A stretch of DNA of 64,000 nt from a virus: IMG/VR virus record IMGVR_UViG_3300021061_000001. One strand, 5' to 3'. Of this stretch, positions 8,418 to 18,218 are shown one piece after another (position 1 is the first letter of the stretch; each line of letters opens with the position of its first letter). The translations under genes and the position numbers were made by a program. A model generated the notes under the pieces. It was not told where the DNA came from and did no database searches. It saw only the letters and a program-made list of their open reading frames with translations.

Positions 8418-10672
8418 CCGACTTCGCCGAGACGGATCTGGGGCTCCTTTACCTGGCTGACGGCTTCTCGCCGGTCATGCGCTGGGACGGCATCACGCCC
8501 TCGATGGAACTGGCCGGGCTGGCCGCCCCAGCCACGGCCCCGGCCATCACCTCGCCGGGCAGCGGCAGCACGCTCGGGGTGTACTACGCCTACGTCCGCT
8601 ACAAGGACCGATTCGGCTTCAAGTCGAACCTGTCGCCGATCTCGGCCGCGGCCATCGTGAAGGGGAACCTGACCGGCACCATCACGGGGGCGACCAACGC
8701 CGACCCCATCGTGATCTCGGCGGCCGGCCACAACCGGGCGACTGGGGACGAGGTGACGATCACCGGCGTGGGGGGCAACACGGCGGCCAACGGCACATGG
8801 ACGATTACGGTCATCGACGCTAACTCTTTCTCTCTCGACGGTTCGCAGGGGAGCGGCGCGTACACCTCGGGAGGCTCATGGACGGCCAGCCCCATCATCA
8901 CCTACACCGGCCTGGCCGTGCCGACCGATCCCAAGGTGACGCGGCGGCAGATCCTTCGCAACACCGACGGCCAGGCCGACGTGTTCTACGTGGACATCGA
9001 CACCGACGACCTGACCTCCACCACGCTGACCTCGACCCGCACCGACACGGAACTTGCCACGCAGGAGGCTCAAGCGATCCTCGACGATCTGGCCCTGCCG
9101 CTGGCCAATCGGCGGGACGTGCCGCCCAACCACAAGCCGTACCTGTTCCACCTCCTGTCGCGGCTGTTCTACCTGGGGTCGGTGGACTACAAGCGCGGAC
9201 ACGTCAAGGTGACGGTGGCTTCCACGACGGTGACCGGGGTCGGCACGGACTGGACCGAGGCCATGGAGGGCCGCTACCTGTACGTGACCGGGGCCAACGA
9301 ATCGTACCTGATCTCGGCGGTGGACGAGACGGCGCAGACCCTCACCCTGTCCACGGCCTACCTGGGGCCCACGGACCTGTTCGCTCGCTACGCGATCCGG
9401 CCAGCACCGGCGGAGCGGCGGACGATGTACTGGTCCGAAGCTGGCGAACCGGAGGCGGTGAGCGTTTTCAATGCGTTGTCGATCCCGGAGAACTCCGACG
9501 AGATCACGGGCGGGTTCGTGCGCGGCTCGTTCGGTTACATCCTGGAGAAGCGGCACATCCACAAGCTGACGTTCCAGGACGATCCGGCGCGGGACGGGGG
9601 GCTGTTCCCGGCCGCCGACCGGGGCTGCATCAACAACCGCTGCTGGGTGCTGGTGGACTCGACGGCGTACATGCTGGACGAGGAGGGGGTTCATCGTTTC
9701 GGCGGCGGCGAAAGCGGGTCGGTATCGGACGCGATCCAGGACCTGTTCCGGCCGGGGGCGAACGTGCCCTATGCCATCAACTGGCAGGCGCAGGAGCAGT
9801 TCCATGCCGGGCACTGGCGGCAGCACTCGACGATACGCTGGTTCGTCTGCTTCGAGGGGGATTACCTGCCGCGGCACGCGCTCTGTTACAACTACCGCGC
9901 CGACAGGTGGTGGATCGAGCGCTACCCGTTCGCCATCGCCTCGGCGGCCAAGGGGGAGGTCAGGGGCGTGCCGTGTGTGTTCCTGGGCGGAGATGGGCGG
10001 CAGGTGTTCGTCTCCTGGGAGGGGCACCTGGATGTGGCGCAGTCATCCGCAGGAACGGTTCGTGGTACGGCGACATCGGCGGGCGTCCTGTCCCTGTCCG
10101 ACTCGGGCGCTAGCTTCCCTGCGTCGTTCGTGGGAGCCCCCGTGGTCATCGTCGCGGGCAAGGGCAAGGGGCAGGAGCGGCGGATCGTGGACGTGAGCGC
10201 CACCACGCTCTACCTGGACCGTCCCTGGCTGGACCGGCCCGACACGACCTCGATCTACCAGGTGGGCGGCATCCAGTGGCAACTGCGGCTGTCGGACTTC
10301 CGCTTCGCCGTGGCGGAGGAGCACAAGGACCGCCGCGTGGAGCTGGTGTTCGAGCCGCAGTCCAGGGCGGCCCTGCTTGACATGCGATACTACTACGACT
10401 TCTCGGATACCCCCGTGACCCAGCGCGAGACAGTGCAGGGCGCGAAGCAGCGGGGCTTCTCTTCGACGGCGGGGCAGACTGATCTGGTGCTGGACCTGAC
10501 GCGCGTGCGCGGCGTGGCCAGCCACTTGCTGCCCGACCACCGCGAAGACAGCAGCGAGGGGACGCGCTTCGTGCAACTGGAGTTGGGCGGGTGCTCCAAC
10601 GGCGAGGAGCAGAAACTGCGGCAGGTGACCATGAACGGCGTCACCATGCCCGGGCAACTGGAGGCACCCTGA
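8414..10672 (+). CDS. Large virion structural protein (tail/nozzle-like by size and position)
   Basis: 752-aa ORF coupled on both sides. It shares the VTVASTTVTGVGTDWTEAMEG motif with the 4206 gene. No family name can be given without a search. Confidence 0.75.
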   Translation: MTDFAETDLGLLYLADGFSPVMRWDGITPSMELAGLAAPATAPAITSPGSGSTLGVYYAYVRYKDRFGFKSNLSPISAAAIVKGNLTGTITGATNADPIVISAAGHNRATGDEVTITGVGGNTAANGTWTITVIDANSFSLDGSQGSGAYTSGGSWTASPIITYTGLAVPTDPKVTRRQILRNTDGQADVFYVDIDTDDLTSTTLTSTRTDTELATQEAQAILDDLALPLANRRDVPPNHKPYLFHLLSRLFYLGSVDYKRGHVKVTVASTTVTGVGTDWTEAMEGRYLYVTGANESYLISAVDETAQTLTLSTAYLGPTDLFARYAIRPAPAERRTMYWSEAGEPEAVSVFNALSIPENSDEITGGFVRGSFGYILEKRHIHKLTFQDDPARDGGLFPAADRGCINNRCWVLVDSTAYMLDEEGVHRFGGGESGSVSDAIQDLFRPGANVPYAINWQAQEQFHAGHWRQHSTIRWFVCFEGDYLPRHALCYNYRADRWWIERYPFAIASAAKGEVRGVPCVFLGGDGRQVFVSWEGHLDVAQSSAGTVRGTATSAGVLSLSDSGASFPASFVGAPVVIVAGKGKGQERRIVDVSATTLYLDRPWLDRPDTTSIYQVGGIQWQLRLSDFRFAVAEEHKDRRVELVFEPQSRAALLDMRYYYDFSDTPVTQRETVQGAKQRGFSSTAGQTDLVLDLTRVRGVASHLLPDHREDSSEGTRFVQLELGGCSNGEEQKLRQVTMNGVTMPGQLEAP

Positions 10673-11175
10673 TGGCTGGTCTATGGCAGGAACGGCAACG
10701 GCTCTTGCGCGAGGAGAAATGGACGGCGAACGGGCTGGCCGAGGAACTGTACGCCATGATCTCGCCGGACGTGCCGGAAGATTTCCAGGCCCCGACCACG
10801 TTCCATCAAACGCCGGGCGGGGCACCGGCCATCACCATCACGGGGGCGGGGGAGGGGGATTCGGTATTCGACTTCAAGGGCCGCGACGGGGCAAAGGTCG
10901 GCGACATCAGGATCGTCAACAACACGATCGAGATCGTGCAGCGCGACAAGGACACCGGGGCGGAGACGACCATTGCCGGGGCCAGCGTGGCCGGCGGCTT
11001 GCGCGGCACGGTGGTGTCAGGTTCGGGAAGCAGCTACGTGGTCAACACCAGCAGCGGCAACAAGAACGTGACCCAGCTCCAGATCGACAGCGGCGAAACG
11101 ATCCCGGCCGGGACCAGCGTGGTCTTGTTCCGGGACGCCAGCGGCTACTTCATGCAGGTTCCCGTGTGGCTCTAA
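10672..11175 (+). CDS. Structural-module protein (167 aa)
   Basis: The ATG overlaps the previous TGA by 1 nt. High GC3. Confidence 0.65.
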   Translation: MAGLWQERQRLLREEKWTANGLAEELYAMISPDVPEDFQAPTTFHQTPGGAPAITITGAGEGDSVFDFKGRDGAKVGDIRIVNNTIEIVQRDKDTGAETTIAGASVAGGLRGTVVSGSGSSYVVNTSSGNKNVTQLQIDSGETIPAGTSVVLFRDASGYFMQVPVWL

Positions 11176-11921
11176 CACCTTTCTCGATCCCTGGCGAACA
11201 GTACAAGCTGCCCCTGGCCAGCCGGAAGTCGTCGTACACGCAGGTCTTTTTCCATGGTTCCTCGGTCAATCTCTATGCCGGTATGACCGGCAGCCAGAAC
11301 TCCCTCACCGACAACTTCGCCAGGCAGGGCTACCTCGTGCGGCTGCCGCGCGTGGTGCGGTTTTTGTTCTCCTCCTCGGGTGGCACGCCAGCGACCGCGT
11401 TCACGAACCACTACAGCCCCCTCTGCTCAAGCCTCGGTATGGCCCTGGCATCGCATGGGATCTGCGTGGCGTGGGGTAAGGACGGCGGGGCAAGCCAGCG
11501 ATGGCTCTCGCACGCCACGCCGGACAAGGACGCCAACTTCACGGCGGCGAACATGGTGGCGGGAGACATCTTCACCTACGTATTCGCCAGCTCGAACCTC
11601 GCTTACGGCAACGACCTCATCGAGTACAACTCCCCGCTCAGCGCGGCGGCGACACAATACCAGTCGGACTACAACCGCTTCGTGGAGCGGCATCCGCGCT
11701 GCAAGAGTTTCGGCGGGCACATCTACCAGGTGCCGTTCGGCACGGACCTGGACGAGATCGCGCAGCGGGCGGTATCGGGGGCAGCGCCCATGGCCCAGTT
11801 CGGCCAGGGGCTCGACCAGTACGGATGGACTTACACCGCCGTTGAATGGGACCTGCCCGCGAACTACGTCGGCTTGTCCGCGATCCAGGCGGAAGTTGAG
11901 AGTTTCTTCGGCATCGCGTAG
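11166..11921 (+). CDS. Structural-module protein (start uncertain)
   Basis: GTG 11166 overlaps the previous gene's end. The first ATG comes only at ~11283. The frame is clearly coding by GC3. Confidence 0.55.
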   Translation: MALTPFSIPGEQYKLPLASRKSSYTQVFFHGSSVNLYAGMTGSQNSLTDNFARQGYLVRLPRVVRFLFSSSGGTPATAFTNHYSPLCSSLGMALASHGICVAWGKDGGASQRWLSHATPDKDANFTAANMVAGDIFTYVFASSNLAYGNDLIEYNSPLSAAATQYQSDYNRFVERHPRCKSFGGHIYQVPFGTDLDEIAQRAVSGAAPMAQFGQGLDQYGWTYTAVEWDLPANYVGLSAIQAEVESFFGIA

Positions 11922-11946
11922 AATCGGGGCAACAGGAGGATCTGCC

Positions 11947-12657
11947 ATGGCCATGCGACCCTTATCTTTCTTCTCGCGGGATCCGCTCAGCGGCTCGGCT
12001 GGTGGCGGGGGCGGGCTTCAGGCTCGCATGGAGTCGGACTTCGACCCCTTCGAGGCCGCTTCGCAGCGGAGCCTCCAGAACGAGCTGGCCGACAAGTCCG
12101 CTGCGGCCAGGCTCCGCGAAGCGCAGATCCAGGCCAACGCCGCCACGGCGGGGGTGCGAGCGCAGCAGAACAGGTTCAAGCAGATTTTTCCGCTCATCAA
12201 GAGCCAGCTTTCGGGCGCGTTCGGCGGCGGGCTTGGCGGCGGCGCGGCCACGGCGGGGGGCTCGTCCGGCTCTGGCCCGGCCATCAACGCCAACCCGATC
12301 TTTTCCGGCTCGCAGATCCAGCAACAGGTCAACGCCGCCACGGCGGCCAACGATCAGCGGGCGCAGACCCAGGCCCGCCTGGCCCGGGAACAGACTGCCG
12401 GCCACGGATTCGGCGCGCAGTCGCCTCTGGCGCGAGCGCTCGAGATGGGCGCGCAGAATCAGGCCATGGCGGCGAACACGGCCAACGAGCGCGAGATCCG
12501 GCTAGGGGCCACGGGGCGCAATGCGGCGCACGTCCTGGATGCGCAGCGGGCGCAGGAGGAGCAGTACGCCAGCAGAATGCGGGAGGACATCGAGCGCCGC
12601 AAGCCGTACTTCCAGCAGCAGCAGAACATGCTCGCCGTGCTGGCTGGCTTGGTATAG
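11947..12657 (+). CDS. Gln/Ala/Gly-rich internal-virion or scaffold-like protein
   Basis: ATG 11947 follows AGGAGGA. The sequence is helical and low-complexity, rich in Q/A. Confidence 0.6.
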   Translation: MAMRPLSFFSRDPLSGSAGGGGGLQARMESDFDPFEAASQRSLQNELADKSAAARLREAQIQANAATAGVRAQQNRFKQIFPLIKSQLSGAFGGGLGGGAATAGGSSGSGPAINANPIFSGSQIQQQVNAATAANDQRAQTQARLAREQTAGHGFGAQSPLARALEMGAQNQAMAANTANEREIRLGATGRNAAHVLDAQRAQEEQYASRMREDIERRKPYFQQQQNMLAVLAGLV

Positions 12658-12737
12658 GATGAAACGGGTCATTGCTTGGAATTGGCGTCGCCTTAACGAA
12701 TACCAAAACCAAGGCACTTGACCTCGCCACATAGGAG

Positions 12738-12776
12738 ATGCCGGGCGGTTACCCCAAGCCGCCCGGCATCTTTTTT
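12738..12776 (+). terminator. Rho-independent terminator
   Basis: Perfect 11-bp stem ATGCCGGGCGG / CCGCCCGGCAT with a 10-nt loop, followed by C-TTTTTT. Confidence 0.7.
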
Positions 12777-12994
12777 GCTTTAGCCGGAACAGGGGGCCTC
12801 ATTCGGAGGATCCGGCCATGGCTGTCGAAATGCTCGTGATCGTGAGCATCGCCACCTGATTTGGGCTGCCGTTGCGCATGATCGTGCTCATGTGCGGGAA
12901 CATGGTTGCGGATGAGGCCCTTTCTTCTCATCTCATGTCCGGGTAGAATGGCGGCACCACACTTCTTTTCCGGCCCCCGCCCGGAGCCGCGCCA

Positions 12995-14455
12995 ATGCCA
13001 TTCACCAATCCACTCGGGGCCATGATCGGCTGGACCGAGCAAGACGAGGAAGAACTTCTGCGCCAGCGCCGCGAGGGACCGCTGGCCGGCCGCATGCCGG
13101 GCATCGTCGGCGGCGGCAGGCTGGGCGGCCTCGGAGCCGTGGCGCAAGCGGTTGGCGATGCCTCGCTGGGGGCGATGGAGGTAATGCCGCCACCGCCAAG
13201 CCCGGAGCGGCCTGCGGTCGAGTTGCCCGGCGCGAGGCCGCAATTGCCGATCACGCGCATCGTCGCCGACCTGCCCGACCAGAACCGGCCCAGGTCCGGT
13301 CCCACCAGTCCACCACCGCCTACGAGTCCTCCGACGCCGACCTCGCCGGCGCAGGCTGCGCCGGTACGGGCGCTGACCTTCGGCCCGCAGAGCACGTTGC
13401 CCAACGGGGTCGGGGTCCGCGATGTAGCCTTCGAGACGGCCGAGTTGGCTTTTGCTCGACAGCAGAATCCCACCCTCCCCATCGTCTCCTCGCCCTACTT
13501 CGATCCCAGCGTGGCCCCCACCATCGTTGGCGGTCCCGGTAACTATGCCGTCATGCGCGGCGGCCAGGTGACGGCGGCACAGACACCGGCCGGCGGAGTG
13601 ATGCCGAACCCGAACGACCCGGCCTTCTGGCAGGCGGTCAACGGCCAGATGCGCTTCAATGGTGACGCCTTCGGAGGGGCGATGCAGGGCTACCAGGCCG
13701 GGCTTCAGAATGCAGCGAACCAGGCCAGACTGGATCTGGCGAGGCAGGAGGCGTTCGGCGGCATGGGGCTTGGCGGGCAATTCGTTCCGGGGCGGCTTCA
13801 GACCGATGCCTTGCAGGCGGCCAATGCGGGCAGGGCGGCGGAGATCCAGCACGGCCCCGATGCGGTCAACGAGCGGAACTTCAGCAGTTTCCTCCAGGCC
13901 ACGCTTCAGCAGGGGGGCACCATCCAGGATGCACGGCGGCGCTGGGCCGAGTCGGGGCTGGCCCTGCCACCGTCCCAGGGCGGATCGCCGCAGTCTCCAG
14001 CCTCGTTCGGCGCACCTACAGCGACAACGGGCGCAACAACTGTGGCGCCGACCGGCCCGCAGCGTGGCCCGACTCCGGTTCAGCAGTCCCCCGAAACGGT
14101 AATGGAACAGGTCTTGGCCGAGATGATGCGAGCGCAGACCCCGCTCCAGGGGGCGACGGGGCCGCGACCGCTGGGGCAGGGGGACGTAGCAAGCTTCATC
14201 CAGCGACTGCCGCCGGGATTTCTGGACCAGAACATCCAGCAGTTCATGCCGTTCATGATCCGCCGCTTCGGGCCGCAAGTCATGGACCAGTGGTTCACCG
14301 GGCGGTCCTGGCGTGGCAGTTCATCGCCGGACGCGGTAACTCGTCAGGCGGTCATGAACGCCGTCAACCGGGTCCGACCCGGCACCGTCGGCGGCAGCAT
14401 CGCCAACCCGCAGTCGCCGTGGTGGACCCTGTACTTCGGCGGGCGGGAGCGGTGA
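12995..14455 (+). CDS. Pro/Gly/Gln-rich virion-associated (internal/ejection-like) protein
   Basis: 486-aa ORF with coding GC3, following a 340-nt gap. Function is inferred from composition and position only. Confidence 0.6.
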   Translation: MPFTNPLGAMIGWTEQDEEELLRQRREGPLAGRMPGIVGGGRLGGLGAVAQAVGDASLGAMEVMPPPPSPERPAVELPGARPQLPITRIVADLPDQNRPRSGPTSPPPPTSPPTPTSPAQAAPVRALTFGPQSTLPNGVGVRDVAFETAELAFARQQNPTLPIVSSPYFDPSVAPTIVGGPGNYAVMRGGQVTAAQTPAGGVMPNPNDPAFWQAVNGQMRFNGDAFGGAMQGYQAGLQNAANQARLDLARQEAFGGMGLGGQFVPGRLQTDALQAANAGRAAEIQHGPDAVNERNFSSFLQATLQQGGTIQDARRRWAESGLALPPSQGGSPQSPASFGAPTATTGATTVAPTGPQRGPTPVQQSPETVMEQVLAEMMRAQTPLQGATGPRPLGQGDVASFIQRLPPGFLDQNIQQFMPFMIRRFGPQVMDQWFTGRSWRGSSSPDAVTRQAVMNAVNRVRPGTVGGSIANPQSPWWTLYFGGRER

Positions 14456-14653
14456 AACCACCATCCAGCCCGCCGCGGCCACCAGAATGACCACGGCAAC
14501 CTGCACGAAGAGGACGGTCCAGTGCAGCGCCGATCCCGGACTGCCGATGAAGCGGTATTCGGTTCCCCACGGTTCGGACCAGGGCGGCACCAGGAGCATC
14601 ACCGCCACGGCAGCGATCGCCGCCACGACAACCTTCTTGCGTTCCTCGTTCAT
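14321..14653 (-). CDS. Two-TM small membrane protein, antisense to late operon (moron-like)
   Basis: ATG 14653 (complement) has GAGGAGA upstream. Two hydrophobic helices flank PPWSEPWGTEYRF. The 3' 135 nt overlap the end of the 12995 gene. Confidence 0.5.
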   Translation of the reverse strand: MNEERKKVVVAAIAAVAVMLLVPPWSEPWGTEYRFIGSPGSALHWTVLFVQVAVVILVAAAGWMVVSPLPPAEVQGPPRRLRVGDAAADGAGSDPVDGVHDRLTSYRVRR

Positions 14654-14714
14654 CGCATCTCTCCTCAAGTAGTGACCCCGCGCCAACCGTAGGTCACGAC
14701 GGAGATCCGGTCAA

Positions 14715-17700
14715 ATGCCGCAACTCCCCGACCCCTTTGACTTCATCGGTCAACCACGCCCAATCCGCCCTCGCGCTGCCGACATCCTGCCGCCGCAGTC
14801 CCCCGAGGAGGAGCAGTCCCTGCTTGGCCAGCTCGGCTCGGGGCTCCTCTCCGGCCTGGGCTACATCGGCTCCAGCCTCGACAAGGTGCGCCGCGCCGCC
14901 TGGGCACTGCCGACCGGCAACGCGCGCGAACTGGCCGCCATCATCCCCTTCTCCGACGCCCTCGGCATCACCGACCCGACCCAGGCCGTGCATGGCTCGG
15001 ATTTGCTCGGCGGGGACGAAAATACGCCGTTCCTGTCCGGCGAAGGGCTGGGCGGTCTGGCCCTCGACATCGCCCTGGACCCGCTCACCTACCTCTCCTT
15101 CGGCGGCTCGGCCGTCTCCAAACTCGGCCAGGCCGCCAAGAAGGCCGGTGTCCTGCCCAAGTCGGGCGCCGCTCGTGCCGCCGGGCTGGCCGCAGCTTCG
15201 CCCGAGGCGGCCAAGCTGGCCCAGTACACCGGCCAGACGGTCGCCGATGTCGCCGGCAAGTCCCTGGGCGGGCACATCGGTGTCGGCCTGCCATGGCCCG
15301 GAGCGGCCAACTTCTGGACCGCCGATTTGACCCCTCTGGGCAACACCCTGTCGGGGGCCGCACAGGCCGCTTCTGGCGCCGTCGGAGCCCTTCCCGTGGT
15401 CGGGAAGCCTTTGCAGGCCCTGGGGAGCGGCCTGGGCGAAGCTGGGGCCGCTACGGGGCGTGCCTGGAACGCCCTTTTTGACCGTGACGTACTCGGCCAG
15501 CTCAGCCAGAAAGGTCAAGAATACGGCCGTGAACTGTCCCTGGCCCGCAAGCTGGCCCAGGAGCAGGCTTTGGAATCGGTCGGTAGTGCGGTCAAGGCAT
15601 ATGGGCCAGACGCGCTCAAGGGTGGGCAGGAAGTGCGCGGCATCCTGGAAGGGACCTTGCCGGCCGGGCAGGCGTCGGCAGGCGGTCAGCGGGCGGCACC
15701 CGTCATCAAGAACGCGCAGGAGGCTTTTCTGGCGGAGGCGAAGGAGTGGGGGGTGCCGGTTGGGGAGATCGACAACTATTTTCACCGTTCTGTGGTGAAG
15801 CCCGAACTGGACGTGGCCCACGGCGGCAAGGGGGCCGGATCCGGGCTGACGGTACGCTCCCCCTCGCAGATCGCGCGCGAGGAGATCTTGACCAACATCC
15901 CGGGCGGCACGGCGGCGATCGAGAAGATGGTGGCGGACCCGTTCCTATCCGGCACGGCGCGCGGGGCAGGGCAGGACACGGCGGCAGCCGCGCAGCACAT
16001 CATGCAGAACTACGCCATCCAGGACCCGGTGAAGGCGAAGAACCTGGCGGAGTTTCTGTATAGCCTCAGCCCGGAGCGGCAAAAGATCGGCCTGTTCGCC
16101 AAGGAGGCCATGACGGATTTCGAGGAGGGGCTGAAGCAGATCGCGCAGTCCACGGCCACGGCCAAGACCATGATCGGCTTTCTGGCCAAGGAGGCGGTGA
16201 CGGGGGCGAAGCCGCCCGGGGGCCGGTCGCTGGGGGAAGTGCTGGCCAACGTCGGGCTGGACCGGAACGTGGCCGACATCAAGATGCTCGACGCCCTGGT
16301 CGCCTCGGGCAAACATCCACCGTTTCGCGGCAATCCGGCCCAGCAGGTGCTGACGCTCGACAACCACTTCGTCAGCCGCGAAGTGGCCGACGCCCTGGAG
16401 CGGAGCCTGCAAGCCTTCACCATGCCGCGCGTCCTGGAGCCGGTGGTGAAGGTGTGGGACTCGATCCAGAACCTCACCAAATCGTTCCTGACATCGCCCA
16501 ACCCGGCCTTTCACGCCCGCAACGCCGCTTCGGGCCTGTGGCAGAACTACATCCTGACCGGGGCCAAGGCCCTGCCCGACGCCTACCGCGAATCGGCCGC
16601 CCTCCTGCGCGACCCGGCCCATGTGGTGAAGGGGCTCAGCCAGCACCCGGAGTTTCGCGGCCTCTCCGACGCCGCCGCCACGGAGATCCTGCGCCAGAAG
16701 GCGTTCACCTCGGGTCTGCTCGGGGCTGGACCGGCGCAGGACGTGGTCGGGCAGGCGGCGGCGCAGGAACTTCTCATGCGATTTCCGGGTGCCATGCCGG
16801 GCCGCAAGGTCGGACTCGAAGCCGTACCCGACTACCTTCAGGGGCTGGTCGGGCGAGGTCAGCCGGGGACGGCGGCGGAGAAGGCGAACCCCCTGGCGGT
16901 GCGCGGCGTGGGCGGCAGGGCGGAGAGCAAGTTCGCTCCTGTCGCGGCCGGGCAGAAGCTGGGCAACGAGGTCGAGGACCTGGGCCGCCTGGCCGGGTTC
17001 GTGGGGCTGGCACGGCAGGGCTACAGCCTTGATGTGGCGACCGAGATGGTGAAGGCGGCGCACGTGGACTACACGCGCCTGACCGGCTTCGAGTCGCAGG
17101 TGATGAAGCGGCTGGTGCCGTTCTACAGCTTCGCGCGCGGCAACGTACCGCAGCAATTCCGCCAGATCCTGGAGCGGCCCGGCGGCATCACGGCCAACAT
17201 GGTGAAGGCCAGCAGCCAGGCCCGCGACGAGTTCGCCCCCGACTATCTGGGGCAGGGACTAGCCATCCCGGTCGGCGGGGACGATAAGACGCGGCGCTAC
17301 CTGTCCAGCCTGGGACTGCCGTTCGAGCAGCTTGGTGAGTTTACGACCTTGCGAGGCTTGGCCGGACAACTGTCGCCTCTTCTCAAGTACCCTTACGAGC
17401 AGCTATCCGGCCAGCAGTTGTTCTCTGGCCGCGACCTGCGCGATCTGCATTCGAGACTGGGCGACCTCGGCGTCAACCTGCCGCAGCCGGTGGAGAACCT
17501 GCTGATGAACTCGCCCCTGTCGCGGCTCATCGGCATGGGTTCGACGCTGGTGGATCCGCGCAAGAGCTGGGCGGACGCGGCGCTGAACCTGGCGACGGGG
17601 GCAAGGGTGACGGACGTGGACATGCAGAAGGCGAGGCAGCAGGCGATTCGCAAGGCGCTCGATGAGGAGTTGCGTGGCCAGCCTGGCGTGGGCGTGTTCA

Positions 17701-17816
17701 GCCGGATGTATTTCCGCCCGGAAGAGATCCAGAACATGGACCCACGTGAACAGGCCCTGGCTCGGCTATACCTGGCCCAGGAGCAGCGGGCGCGGCAGCA
17801 GCGGGCGCAGAGGTAG
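14715..17816 (+). CDS. Large (1033 aa) virion-associated protein, putative internal/ejection protein
   Basis: Longest ORF of this arm, with GGAG upstream. It is the last gene before the convergent early arm. No catalytic motif recognised. Confidence 0.75.
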   Translation: MPQLPDPFDFIGQPRPIRPRAADILPPQSPEEEQSLLGQLGSGLLSGLGYIGSSLDKVRRAAWALPTGNARELAAIIPFSDALGITDPTQAVHGSDLLGGDENTPFLSGEGLGGLALDIALDPLTYLSFGGSAVSKLGQAAKKAGVLPKSGAARAAGLAAASPEAAKLAQYTGQTVADVAGKSLGGHIGVGLPWPGAANFWTADLTPLGNTLSGAAQAASGAVGALPVVGKPLQALGSGLGEAGAATGRAWNALFDRDVLGQLSQKGQEYGRELSLARKLAQEQALESVGSAVKAYGPDALKGGQEVRGILEGTLPAGQASAGGQRAAPVIKNAQEAFLAEAKEWGVPVGEIDNYFHRSVVKPELDVAHGGKGAGSGLTVRSPSQIAREEILTNIPGGTAAIEKMVADPFLSGTARGAGQDTAAAAQHIMQNYAIQDPVKAKNLAEFLYSLSPERQKIGLFAKEAMTDFEEGLKQIAQSTATAKTMIGFLAKEAVTGAKPPGGRSLGEVLANVGLDRNVADIKMLDALVASGKHPPFRGNPAQQVLTLDNHFVSREVADALERSLQAFTMPRVLEPVVKVWDSIQNLTKSFLTSPNPAFHARNAASGLWQNYILTGAKALPDAYRESAALLRDPAHVVKGLSQHPEFRGLSDAAATEILRQKAFTSGLLGAGPAQDVVGQAAAQELLMRFPGAMPGRKVGLEAVPDYLQGLVGRGQPGTAAEKANPLAVRGVGGRAESKFAPVAAGQKLGNEVEDLGRLAGFVGLARQGYSLDVATEMVKAAHVDYTRLTGFESQVMKRLVPFYSFARGNVPQQFRQILERPGGITANMVKASSQARDEFAPDYLGQGLAIPVGGDDKTRRYLSSLGLPFEQLGEFTTLRGLAGQLSPLLKYPYEQLSGQQLFSGRDLRDLHSRLGDLGVNLPQPVENLLMNSPLSRLIGMGSTLVDPRKSWADAALNLATGARVTDVDMQKARQQAIRKALDEELRGQPGVGVFSRMYFRPEEIQNMDPREQALARLYLAQEQRARQQRAQR

Positions 17817-17961
17817 GCTGGTGTTCGCCGCACCAGTCCTCCGCGTCCGTCTCGGGTGGCCAGTTATCGTCGCGCGGAGCGTGGCGGCGGCAGACGCCGA
17901 TCTCATCTTCCATATGCTCCCAGTAGCGACACGTCCGGCAAGTTTCCAGCGAACCCGGCAT
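17698..17961 (-). CDS. Small Cys-motif protein (CxxC ... WCGEH)
   Basis: ATG 17961 has GGAGGAG upstream. MPGSLETCRTCRYWEH..GVCRRH..DWCGEH resembles a zinc-type motif common in small phage proteins (recalled). The 3' 119 nt overlap the convergent 1033-aa gene. Confidence 0.5.
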   Translation of the reverse strand: MPGSLETCRTCRYWEHMEDEIGVCRRHAPRDDNWPPETDAEDWCGEHQPTSAPAAAAPAAPGPGIAEPGPVHVGPCSGSLPGGNTSG

Positions 17962-17999
17962 GTCCCTTGCTCCTCCACCTGGCATGAACGATCTCCCCC

Positions 18000-18218
18000 T
18001 CATTCGCTGGCTACTGGACCCGACGGCGACAACCCAGGAGGCGCTGCTGCTGGCGTCCCATTGCGGCGGAAGGCGGCTCTGGCCTCCTCGTAGCGCCGCC
18101 ACGCCGCCTGCGCCGCCTTCCACAGCCGCCCGCGCATCCGCCAGTCATCGCAGGCCAGCGCCACACCAAGAGCGTCCTGGCACTCATCCAGCAGCCGATG
18201 CAGTTCCGCTTGCGTCAT
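18000..18218 (-). CDS. Small helical protein (72 aa)
   Basis: ATG 18218 is preceded by AGGAGG. High GC3. Confidence 0.45.
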   Translation of the reverse strand: MTQAELHRLLDECQDALGVALACDDWRMRGRLWKAAQAAWRRYEEARAAFRRNGTPAAAPPGLSPSGPVASE

